From assembly GCF_009914755.1 (NCBI RefSeq), contig NC_060930.1: a DNA stretch of 64,000 bases. The stretch is one strand, 5' to 3'. The notes under the pieces are model-generated. The model ran no database searches. It was not told where the DNA came from and worked only from the letters and a program-made list of their open reading frames with translations. The DNA comes from the human T2T-CHM13v2.0 reference genome, Homo sapiens. Below, piece by piece: positions 31,871-42,894 of the stretch. Within the stretch, counting starts at the first letter, position 1, and each line of letters begins with the position of its first letter. Made by a program: the position numbers and the translations under genes.

Positions 31871-34183
31871 AAATGAATCAATCATGATTCATTCTCTGTT
31901 CACTCTAAACTTATAATTATTGTGTTAATTTTATCCCCAAAACAGAACTTATTTTTATAAATTTTAGTTTTATTTTCCAAGATAACCAATAACCAATTAA
32001 GACATTTTTCACTATTTACTATAAAGTTTTAGTCCCTATTCTAAGTGGATTCATTTTAAATGGCTGTTTTCTAATAAAAATTAGCCCTAGAGAAAGGGTG
32101 GGGGAGCAGGGGAAAGCCTCCAATGAAGACCCCCAAAAAGCATCCTAAAGGGGCAGACAGGATGCCTTAGCACAGCTGAGTGGGGAAGCTGTGGAGAGCA
32201 AGGCCACGTGCTACCTTAAGCATAGCTTAGGTGGCCTAAAGATTATTTCCCTCTGTGGCCTAAAGATTATCCCCTTATTATGTAGCCTGAAACTTCATCT
32301 GTGAGGGAAAATCACCAGCATGGTAAGCTTAACATCACAAAGATATCACTAAGATCAGTGTCACATGGGAAAAGAATTTAACGCCTTTCTGAAGGGGTCT
32401 GGGGAACATACCATTGATTGAGTGCTTCCAAGTGCCAAGTATTAGGTAGGGCATAGTCTCTTAATCCTCTGTAAATTAAATACTGTCTAAGAAACAGTTT
32501 CTGGAAGGTCTCACAGATAGGAAATAGCAAAGTCATGAAGGAAACTGGGATCTTGCTAGGCACAAAGCCCACGCTATTTTGCCACCCCATGCTGGTTTGC
32601 CTGACTGCATGCCACAACAGATGTGTCACTGGTTTCCAGGAGCTGCCTCTCCCTGTCATAAGGGCATAGATGAGACTGAGTAGATGGAAGATCAAGTATA
32701 TAAGGGAGACCATCTGGGCCTAGGCCCTCTCCAAGGCTTGTCAGTTTTGTGAACTTGAGGAATAAGAAATGTTTTGAACCTCTCAGAAGATTTCTGCTGC
32801 CTCTGTAAAATGAGAATATTATTAATGCTTGTCCTCATATAGTTGTTGACTTCAAGAAAACTCATCTTAAAATTCAGAGGAATAACTAGTAAGACTCAAT
32901 ATTAAATTAAACATGTCCATTCAAAGCTATCTCAATAAAGGCACCAACAGGAATATTTAGAATGAAACCAGCTGATTCTAAGATTAATATGGAAAAATGA
33001 ACTCTAAGGTTAATATGGAAAAATGAACAGTCAAGAATATTCTGAGAAAAGTGAGTAATGAAGAGGTAAGTCCAAGTAGAGAGCAAAAGATATTATAAAG
33101 CTATGCTAATTAAAACAATATGGTATTATGCCTGGAAGAACAGAACAATAGAGCACAACAGGGAGTCCTGGAATGGACTCAAATACATGCAGGAATTTAA
33201 GATATGATCAAAGTGTCATTTCAAATCAGTAGGTAAAAGATGGATTGTCCAATAACTGTCAGAACAACTGAACAGCCATCTGAGGGAAATATATTTTGAC
33301 TTTTGGCCTTTCACAAAAAATAAATTATTGATGGATAGATTTCAACATACAAAATGAAGCCATTAAAATTGCTAAAAGGAAATATGGGATAAATTTTTAC
33401 AACTTCAGAATCAGTTGGTCTTGAAACTATGTAGAATCTGCTGTAATATTAAAAAAATGAATTTGACTATACAATATTTTTAATTTCTACATGTAAAGAA
33501 ACCACAACATGGAGAAAAATCGCCCCATGGTTCTTTCTTTTCTTCTTGTATGCCTCAAGATATTTTCATTTGCTATTCCTTCTGCCTGAAAATGCTCTTT
33601 CTCCAGCTTACATATAACAAAAAGAAAAAATTATTTGCAATATATAAAATATTCCAACAAATCATTAAGAAAATATCAACAATACAAAAGAAAAAAATGG
33701 GTAAAAATAGTAACTCACAAAAATGAAATACAAATGGCTTTCCAGCATATTAGAAAGTAGTCAATCTTACTCAAAATAAGTGAAATTCAAATAACACTAT
33801 AAGATCCCATTTTTAACTATCACATTGGTGAAAAACAAAAATGTGATGACACATTAGAAAAGTGAAACAAGGGCTCTTATACAGTGTTGTTGGGAAGGTG
33901 ATTAGAACAATCTTTATACAAGGAAATTTGGGAATATCTGTCAAAAATATAAATGTACATATTTTTGACCCACAAATTCTACTTACATCAAAATTAAATA
34001 TCTGTGAAACCTTTACATATACATATTCTGATCCTAGTATATCTAATAAAAATATTTTCCTAGTATACAAAAAAGGGAAATTAATGCAATATTTTTTGGT
34101 AATAGAAAATAATGCAAATCAAGTGTCTTTCAGTTGGAGACTGATTAAATAAGTGATAGCACTTACATGCAATGAAATATTCT

Positions 34184-34440
34184 TGGCCAGGCATGGTGGC
34201 CTGTAATCCCAGAACTTTGGGAGCTCAATGCGTAGTTCAAGACCAGCATGGGCAAAAAAGTAAGACCCCATGTCTACAAAATATTTAAAGAGTTGCCAGG
34301 TGGGGTGGTGCATGCTTGTAGTCCCAGCACTTTAGGAGGCCAAGGCAGGAGGATCTCTTGAGCACAGGAGTTTGAGGGGGCAGTGAGCTATAATCACACC
34401 TAGCACTCCAACCTAGGTGACAGAACAAGACCCTGTCTTA
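34184..34440 (+). mobile_element. AluJ (internally deleted)
   Basis: GGAGGATCTCTTGAGCACAGGAGTTTGAG. Confidence 0.85.
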
Positions 34441-34705
34441 GAGAAGAGAAGAGAAGAGAGGAAGGGAAAAAAGGGAAGGGAGGGAGGAAGGAAGGAAGGG
34501 AGGGAGGGAGGGAAGGAGGAAGAGCAGGAGTGGAAGGAAGGGAGGAAGGGAGGAAGGGGAAGGGAAGGGAAGGGGGGAAGGGGTAGAAGGAGGGTAAGGA
34601 AGGGAAGGAAAGAAAGGAGGAAGCTAGGAAGGGAGGGAGAAAAGGAAGGAAGGGGGGAGGGAGGAAAGGAGGGAGGAAGGAGGGAGGGAAGAAAGAAAGA
34701 AAAAG
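34441..34705. repeat. GA-rich (GGAA/GGGA)n polypurine tract grown from the Alu tail
   Basis: About 265 bp almost entirely purine. Confidence 0.95.
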
Positions 34706-35084
34706 ATTCTACAGTTGTTAATAGGAGTGAGATAGCTCTAGGTGCGCTGAATGAGCTCCAAGTTATACTGTTATGTGAAACAAATCAAGGTGTAGAACAG
34801 AACATACAGTATTCTACCATTTGTGTATGTATTAGATGTATATGTATACAGCTATATATGTACATTTTAGGATCAAGGATGGAGGAAAACTTGTATTTTT
34901 TTAAATTTTTTATCATGTTCACATATTATCTATCAAAAAATAAAGAAAGAAAAAATGTTAAGCAAGGCCTTGAAATATTCGGGCAGATTATCCATTGTCA
35001 GCACCACTGAGCCTTGTTGACACAAGTAATGAAGAATTTTGCGCTGAAATTCAGTAGGCACTAGCATGATACACTGCATATGCA

Positions 35085-35290
35085 CAGCAGGTATTTGGAG
35101 TGAGAAGATGTGCTTTAGTTCCCAGTTCCATGTCTTAAAAGCTGTGTGATCTTGAAAAGGGCACTTACACTTTTGAACCTCGAGTTTCTCAACTATCAAT
35201 AGGGACAAATAAGACAGGGGTTTCTTTTGAGGTTGCAACTGGGTAATATAGCTGAAAGTATTATATAAACTTAAAGTGACATAAACGTGC
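35085..35290 (+). mobile_element. MIR
   Basis: GCTGTGTGATCTTG..CACTTA..GAACCTC.AGTTTCTC core. Confidence 0.6.
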
Positions 35291-35388
35291 TAGTTAACAT
35301 CTAATTAATTTCTAAGAATTTAATGCCATGTAAACTTAAAGTGACATAAACAAGCTAGTTCATATCTAATTAATTTTTAGGAAGTTAG
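35266..35388. repeat. 65-bp-period tandem duplication
   Basis: TAAACTTAAAGTGACATAAAC.. at 35266 and 35331. Confidence 0.85.
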
Positions 35389-35540
35389 AAACTCAGTGGC
35401 CTGGGTGGAAGAAAATAATCTGGAAAATCTTAGTGAAGGCCATATGACAATGAAGATTAAATAGACCCCTCAGCTGCAGCAGACAAAGATGCTCAATGTG
35501 TCCAAGTAGAGGGCACTGTTCACACATCTGTCCAAAGAGT

Positions 35541-35541
<1 letters not shown>

Positions 35542-35575
<34 letters not shown>

Positions 35576-35589
35576 ACGCGCGCGCGCGC
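35542..35589. repeat. (TG)n-(CG)n alternating purine/pyrimidine tract
   Basis: Direct. Confidence 0.95.
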
Positions 35590-35926
35590 TGGGGTGGGGG
35601 TAGAACGCATACATTTTTTCTTTTCAGTTTTAACCCCGATAAAGAAGTTATTCTTTCTCTTTGAGTAATTCAATGAATTCAACCCCTCCCTCTATACTGG
35701 CAGATGTTAAACACAAAGGGACACAGCCCAGAGGCAGCTGGCCATGGAGCAGAGAACTCAGTGAAAGGCAGAAAACTGTGACAAGCGTTTTCCAGGTAGG
35801 TGGGAAGCATTTTGTCAAGGAAATTAGAAAGTCATATTCCCATAAAGTTCTTAAAGGCTTGCTATTTAACGAATTTCATATGAAAACTAAAAAAAAATTC
35901 TGCAGATTAGTACTAAGGACCCTAAT

Positions 35927-36249
35927 AAAGTCATCCCTCTGTCTTCTCGAGGGATTGGATCCAGGAACTGCCAAGGATATTGAAATCCACAGATGCTCAA
36001 ATCCCTGGTATAAAATGGCATAGTGTTTGCATATAATCTATGCACATTCTCTAAATTAGGTATAATACCTGGAACAATGTAAAGGCCATGTAAATGGTTG
36101 TTATATTGTATTGTTTTTGATTTGTATTATTTTTATTGTTATATCAGTTTTTTTTTCTTTCCCAAATACTTTCCATCAGTAGTTGTTTGTATCAGAGGAT
36201 GTGGAATCTGAGGATATAGAACCCGCAGATACAGAAGACGCTGGCTGTA
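35927..36249 (+). mobile_element. MER2 (Tigger-family) DNA element
   Basis: GGGATTGG.TCCAGGA..AAATCCACAGATGCTCAA.TCCCT..TATAAAATGGC. Confidence 0.85.
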
Positions 36250-36414
36250 TGAGGAAATGATAAGCCACAGGCAGCAAGAATTAATGTAAAACAGAGAATG
36301 ATCAGCAGAACACAGAAAAGTAAAAGAGAGGCGGCGTCACAGGAAACTGGATGTGAAGACTGTAATACATCTCTGCAAAATATTCAATACTCCTGTCTGC
36401 AAAAGGCAAGTTCT

Positions 36415-37180
36415 CTTCATACTCTGTTGGTGAGACTGTAAATTAGCACAAGGACTATAGAGAACAATTTGGAGGTTCCACAAACTAAAGATAGAGCTAC
36501 CATCTAATCCAGCAATCCCACTGCTAGCTATATACCCCAAAGAAAGGAAATCAGTATATCGAAGAGATATCTGCATGCCCATGTTTGTAGCAGCTCTGTT
36601 TACAATAGCCAAGATTTGGAAGCAACCTAAGTGTCCATCAACAAATGAATGGATGGAGAGAATGTGGTACATATACACAATGGAGTACTATTCAGCCACA
36701 CACAAAAAAAAAGATTCTGTCATTTGCAACAACATGAATGGAACTGGAGGTCATTATGTTGAGTGGAGTAAGACAGACACAGAGAGATGAACTTCACATT
36801 TTCTCATTTATTTGTGGGAGCTAGAAAGTAAAATAATTCAATGCATGGAGATAGGGAGTAGAATGATGGTTACCAGAGGCTGGGAAGGGTAATAGGGTAG
36901 TGGGAAGTGGGGATGGTTAACAGATTCAAAAAAATAGAAAGAATAAAAAAGATCTAGTATTTGATAGCACAACAGGGTGACAATAGTCAATAATAACTTA
37001 ATTTCACACTTTAAATAACTAAACAATTGAATTGTTTGTAATACAAAGGATAAATGCTTGAGGTGATGGATGCCCCATTTACCCTGAGGTGATTATTACA
37101 CATTGTATACCTGTCTCAAAATATCTCATGTACCCTATAAATGTATATACCTACTATGTATCCACAAAAATTAAATTTTT
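36415..37180 (+). mobile_element. L1MA (L1MA4/5-like) 3' end
   Basis: CCCATGTTT..GCAGC..; TTGATAGCACAACAGGGTGAC; GATAAATGCTTGAGGTGATGGA. Confidence 0.85.
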
Positions 37181-37189
37181 TTAAATGTA

Positions 37190-37720
37190 GGTTCTACATC
37201 CCTTCCCCCTTGAATCTGACTTAACTTTAGTGACCAATAAAGTATGGTTAGAGTGACACCATATGACTTTCATAGGCATGAGACCTATGAAATCATAGAG
37301 GGCCGCATGCTCAAAGAGCCCTGCACTTGGTATAATGCTCTGCTGTTGCAGTCTTGAGCTTCTTGATAATTTGTGAACAAGGGGCCCACATTTTCACCTT
37401 GCCTTGGGCCCACGAAGTATAGAATCAGTTCTGCTTCTGAGGCTAGGTCATAAACGGTGATGCAGCTTCCTCCTTGTTCTCTGGAACACTCATGTCGGAG
37501 AGTTAAAGCCACCCTAGGAGCACTGGCATTCCAAGAGCCCAGATGGAGAAGTGCTGAGACTCCAGCCATAGTTTGACTGCAAGCACCTGAGAAACCCAGA
37601 GCCAGACCTACCCACCTGAACCCTTCCCAAGTCCTGATCAGCAGGATAATAAAACGGTTGCCATGTTCTAAGCCTTAAAGTTTTAGGCTGATTTTTTACA
37701 AAACAATAGTGATTTGGAAC
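37190..37720 (+). mobile_element. MLT1 MaLR LTR with MER91A insertion (~37272-37432)
   Basis: CCCCTTGAATCTG..GGCTAGGTCATAA; MER91A AATGCTCTGCTGT..AACAAGGGGCCC.CATTTTCA. Confidence 0.7.
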
Positions 37721-38109
37721 ATGGGATTATGTCAGACCAGATTTGATTTTTTAAACCATGAGTTCTTAATCTTTTGCGTGCAATAAACAAGAGAGGCGCA
37801 AGTAAGGACAGGTGGAAACACTTCTTTAGTCCATTTTCTCCAGCTATTAGCTGTTAAGCAAGAAAGGGAGATAGTTTAGGAGAGCACATAGCCCTGGGAC
37901 CCAGGAAAGGAGCACATCTTGACAAGTCACTTCCTAGGGTGGAGCCTGAACCTGAAGCCAGATGAACCAATGGTGCATCAATGTGAAGAGCCTAATTGAA
38001 TGAGGCACAGAGTGAAGAGAAACAGAAACTTATTCACCTAATTCATCTTCATTCGGTTTGTATGTGTCCTGGGATCAACCTTCAGACTGCTGAATCCTTT
38101 TGCATTTCT

Positions 38110-38543
38110 TTTTTTGAGATGGAGTCTCGCTCTGTTGCTCAGGCTGGAGTGCAGTGGTGCAATCTTGGCTCACTGCAACCTCTGCCTCTCAAGTAGCTGG
38201 GATTACAGGTGCCCACCACCATACCTGGCTAATTTTTGTATTTTTAGTAGAGATGGTGTTTCACCATCTCTAACATGGTCTCTAAATACTGACTTCAAGT
38301 GATCCACCCACCTTGGCCTCCCAAAGTGCTGGGATTACAGGCATGCCATTCTCCTGCCTCAGCCTCCCGAGTAGCTGGGACTACAGGCGCCCGCCACCAC
38401 ACCCGGGTAATTTTTTTGTATTTTTAGTAGAGACGGGGTTCCACCATGTTAGCAAGGATGGTCTCGATCTCCTGACCTCGTGATCCGACCACCTCAGCCT
38501 CCCAAAGCACCGGGATTACAGGCGTGAGCCACCGTGCCTGGCC
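38110..38543 (-). mobile_element. Chimeric AluY/AluS composite inside one TSD pair
   Basis: AluS-like body 38110-38345 fused to AluY-like 5' part 38342-38543; TSD TCCTTTTGCATTTCT. Confidence 0.85.
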
Positions 38544-38589
38544 CTCCTTTTGCATTTCTAACCTCTGATAGAGTTTGCAGGGCTAAGGA

Positions 38590-38960
38590 ATAATGGTCAC
38601 CATTCATCAAGGGCTCATCGTGAGCCAGACTCCTCACCTACACTAGCTTGAATCTCACATACAGCCCCATGGTGGGGGCGGGGGGGGGGGTTGTATTATG
38701 CCCAGTTTAAAAGTTAGGAAGGGAAGCTTAGAATAATGAAGTAGCTTTATAAAGGTAACATCTATTGAGTGCTGACTGTGTGCAAGCTCTGCTGCGTGTT
38801 CCATATGCATTACCCCACTGAATGCTCACAGTCATGCTCTGAAGGAGGGGATCACACCATCCCCATTGACAACAGATTATACTCTCCTTCAGAGAGGTTA
38901 GGTAATTTGCCCAAGGTCACAGAATAGCAGAGCAGGGATGCTGATCCAAAACTATACACA
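38590..38960 (-). mobile_element. MIR fragments
   Basis: TATTGAGTGCT.ACTGTGTG; CAGAGAGGTTAGGTAATTTGCCCAAGGTCACA. Confidence 0.7.
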
Positions 38961-39428
38961 GAGTCTGTCTCCTAGGGCAACTCCAAAGCCCAGGCTCAGC
39001 CCAAGGGATACTCTATTGCCTCCTTGAAAAGCTCCTTCTGCAGAAGAGGAAAGGGGAAGGATTTACCCCAATGTCAGGAGTTTGGTCTTTGGAGGGCATA
39101 GGGGGACATCTCCCTCAACTCCCATCACTGTTATTAGATTATTGAAATACATGGACTTTACAGTTTGGGGGATACATGAGGCCTATTTTATAAGAGATGT
39201 CATTAAAAAAAAACTTCAGTGAGTTTATTTTGTGCCCCATAAGGCCTCCCATCAGAGGACTGTGCCATTCTGATTAGCTACTAGCCTAAGATTTGGCAGT
39301 GACATGGCAAAAGCTCTCTGGAAACATATAGGGTCCGCTTGCCCCTACTTGCACAAAATGTCTTTATTTGTCTCTAGACCTGGCTGTCATTTGGTTCCAC
39401 TTCTATCAGGCAAGAAAGGTAGACTCAC

Positions 39429-39837
39429 TTAAAACAAATGCAGTCAACTGCACGTTCCAGGCTGGGCCATATCTTTTATGAGGGTGATGTGGATCAACAC
39501 ACAATCTGAACTTTTCTGTTTCTCTGGCTTATATTCACAGGGTTTTGTGTGTGTTTGTCTTTTTGATAACTTTCAGAGCTGATTTTGCTGGCGGTTTCTA
39601 AGGTTAGCAACATCACCCCATCAGACACTTCTTTTCCTTCTCCTAGATGAGATCTTACACCATCTATTCCCAATCATGTTTTCTTGCTTATTGCGTAAAT
39701 TGCATTCATCACTCTAAAAGGACTTGAAACACCTTGACTGCTTTCTCTTATGTAGAACTTGAAATGCATCGATTTCCGTTGCTACAGCCCTAGCTATATA
39801 TTTATTATCTGTCAGTTCTAGTTTACTTAGAAGTTGC
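39429..39837 (-). pseudogene. Candidate 409-bp exon QLLSKLELTDNKYIARAVATEIDAFQVLH.../VMNAIYAISKK...
   Basis: ttctgtacag|G ... AA|gtgagt; phase 2 at both ends with a net +1 frameshift; phase matches exon starting at 30410. Confidence 0.5.
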
Positions 39838-40235
39838 CTGTACAGAACCCAGCAGTCTGAAACTAGCTCACCAAAAAAGGGAATCAAAAGCCATAGTTCA
39901 TCCACATGTTGACACTTGCCATCCACCCTTGCAGTTCAACTCAGTATCTTTCTCTACTGGGAAGGCCCCTGACATCTGAGGGCTCCCTCTCCTTCAGTGG
40001 CCATCAGAAAAGCCCTCTAAATGCCTCCAGCTGCTAGAAGAGAACAAAGTTGTCACTTCTAGTGATCAAATTCAGAACATCCTGTTATTGCTGCCACCAT
40101 CATGAATGTATGTCACACAGCAAAGTTATGTGAGCCTCAGTTCCCAGGAATACCATAAAAGGAATATTCCTAAGTTAGGTCCTAGGGAACTACCTCAGAG
40201 GAATGACTGGTCTAGAGGACAGAGAGTGAGCTTTA

Positions 40236-40524
40236 TTTATTTATTTTATTTTTTATGTTTATTTTTTCTTTGAGGCGGAGTTTCACTCTTGTCGTCCAGG
40301 CTGGAGCACAACGGCATGATCTCGGCTCAGTGCAACCTCCATCTCCCGAGTTAAAGCGATTCTCCTGCCTCAGCCTCCAGAGTGGCTGAGATTACAAGCA
40401 CCTGCCACCACCCCCTAGTAGAGACAGGGTTCCACCATGTTGACCAGGCTGGTCTTGAACTCCTGACCTCAGGTGATCCCTCCCAAAGTGCTGAGATTAC
40501 AGGCGTGATCCACCACACCTGGCC
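40236..40524 (-). mobile_element. AluS with internal deletions
   Basis: TSD AGAGAGTGAGCTTTA. Confidence 0.9.
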
Positions 40525-41174
40525 AGAGAGTGAGCTTTACAGCAAGATAGATGTAGTATTAGAAAAGTAATTTAACTTCTCTTAGGGGTAGTTTTTGTCT
40601 CTGTAAATGTTGATGATAATAATTCACTTCCAGGGTCATATAAAACTTACAAATAATGTCTGAAAAAAGTTTGTCTCCATGCCTGACAGAATGTCTTCAG
40701 TAAAGAGTAATTATTATTATGAAAAGCAAGAAACTATTAATAGCATTCTTGAAAATAATCTATTGTTAATGAAGTTATACATGCATATAGTTTAAATGGT
40801 CAAATTAGGCTGTCGGTCTTGTTATGATAGCACCATTCCTTATGTTATGCCTACTTTCCACTCCACAGGCAATGAAAAACTGTTTTCCAAATTAGTTGGA
40901 GTCCCTTAACACTCCCATGGGTCCGTGAGCTCTTGGATTCTGGAAATGCATAACCTTAAATTTAGGGTATTTTAAATTATATTTAAATTATTTTTGGTTT
41001 ACATTCTGGCTGATTTCTTTAATTTTATCCTCCTTTCTTTGTTGAAACTAAACCTGGATCTTAATCATGTTATAAGCTAACAATAAACTTGGATTCTCCC
41101 CCAAGCTGGCAAAAGACTCATGAATTTGTATTGTATTTGGAGAAAATAATAAAAGGAAAAAATATATGTGAATG

Positions 41175-41355
41175 TCACAAACAAGTTTCCTAAGTAATGA
41201 AATCAGAATGACTGGATCAGATCAAGGGCTTCCCCAGCTTAGAACTGCATCTGATGATGACATCAAGAACCGTGTTGAAGAAGGGAGCAGTTACGCCCTT
41301 GACATCCGTTTCAAAGTTAGAAATTTAACATGCCTCAGCACTACTCTCCCATAGC
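41175..41355 (-). pseudogene. Candidate exon; frame and donor unresolved
   Basis: Acceptor ttgtttttctgtaatag|G followed by CpG-containing coding-like sequence; stops in all frames. Confidence 0.35.
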
Positions 41356-41401
41356 CTATTACAGAAAAACAATTAATGGACTTACCTAAAGTGTTTTTAT
41401 A

Positions 41402-41531
41402 TGTTTGTTTTTGTAGAGATGGAGTCTTGCTATTTTGTCCAGGCTAGTCTCGAACTCCTGGCCTCAAGCAATTCTCCCACCTCGGCCTCCCAAAGTACTA
41501 GGATTACAGGTGTGAGCCACTGCCCCTAGCC
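41402..41531 (-). mobile_element. FLAM/AluJ left monomer
   Basis: GAACTCCTGGCCTCAAGCAATTCTCCCACCTCGGCC. Confidence 0.85.
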
Positions 41532-42682
41532 TTAACATGTTTTTTTTAATATTGTTATCTTTTTTCAGTAGATATGAACTCTTGGAAGATATAACCTCCA
41601 AAAGTTTGAATTTGAAGCATATCTTATTTATTTGTCCATAACTACATGTCTTGAATATCAGGAAATGCCCCTAGTGGTATTATTTAGACTTAGTTCAACA
41701 AACCCTTATCATTCATTTCCTAGACACATAATACTATGTTAATGTTCTTGGGGGGAATACAAAATTTATTTTAATATTTATGGTCTAGAATATAATAAAA
41801 TACAGATAACTCTAAAGTCTTTTTTCAGTGATTCGGAGGGCACCTTAGGATTTTGCAATATCCCAGAGTTACCATTGTGGAGATCAGTTACTATTCTATA
41901 TGGACATGTTTGTTACAGAAATGCTGAATGAAGTCTATAAGATACAAAATGTTGGCCAAATAGTGAGTTGCTGTCTTCTCTGTGCTCTTACAGCACTCTG
42001 TTTTGTATGGAACTTGGAGATTGGCAGTACAGTAATCCACATGCGGAGAGGTTGCCCTGCTGATTCTGAAGCATTCAGTGGTCAGGTCTGCATTCTGTCC
42101 ATTTTTTCATCCTCAGTCCCTACACTCAGGTGAGGCACGCAATGTACCCTCAGTAACGGGAGAGTTGAATGGTTGGATGAAGGGATAGATGGCTAGATCT
42201 CTATCTCAGCCTTTTCCTTTCTATTTATTGCCCTAGAAAATAGACAGTGGTAAAGTTGATATTAAAGACATTCTACTAGCACATGGAAGCTGAGCATTAG
42301 CATTGTACATAGTGATGCTACCATTTCTACAGCAGTAGGCGTGAGTATGAATAAAGGGTTAACATCAGGCCTCCCTCGGCTGAGGCAGGCCTGCTTGAGA
42401 ATGACCTCAGCTTGCATGGCCCTGTTTCCTTGGAAACAGTAGAGCTGAGATAAATGAGGGTCTCTCCCTCCTTATTGTGTGGAAAAAAAAAACAACAAAA
42501 AAAACCCAGGTCGAGGGATCTGCGAGCTGGCATGCAGACCTCGGTCTTGATGAAAACCATACACAACACTGGTGAGGCAAAGGGACTGGCCTCTCTGTGA
42601 CAAGGTTACCCCACACACCTTGGCTGTCACACCTTGGCCATGTGTGGGAGAAAAGACAGAAAAAAAAAAAGAAAGCTGTCAC

Positions 42683-42894
42683 TGGTGTAGCTGGTGGGCC
42701 TCCCCATGATGACGATCCTGAATCTTTTTGCTGTGTCTCCTGCCTTGTTTCCTTCCAGAAAGCTGAATAAAAATGGTGTTAGATTAAAGCCTATTGTGTC
42801 TCCTGGGCCTGATTTGCCAACTCAAACTCATAACCACTACTGAACTGTCGCAGTTGGTAATCTTCATACCTGTTTCTCGTGTTCCCAAATGTCA
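42683..42894 (-). pseudogene. Candidate exon (L)TFGNTRNRYEDYQLRQFSSGYEFELANQAQETQ*ALI*HHFYSAFWKE..., donor unresolved
   Basis: Long pyrimidine tract and GAG acceptor; phase 1 matches exon 45725-45968; two stops. Confidence 0.35.

Larger units (their letters stand above)
32880..34950 (+). mobile_element. L1ME-like degenerate 3' fragments, interrupted by AluJ
   Basis: ORF2-end and 3'UTR remnants (TATTATAAAGCTA..AAAACA.TATGGTATT). Confidence 0.65.

Noticed and set aside
34417-35010. 197-aa E/G/R/K-rich ORF
   Set aside because: Translation of a GA-rich simple repeat plus L1ME
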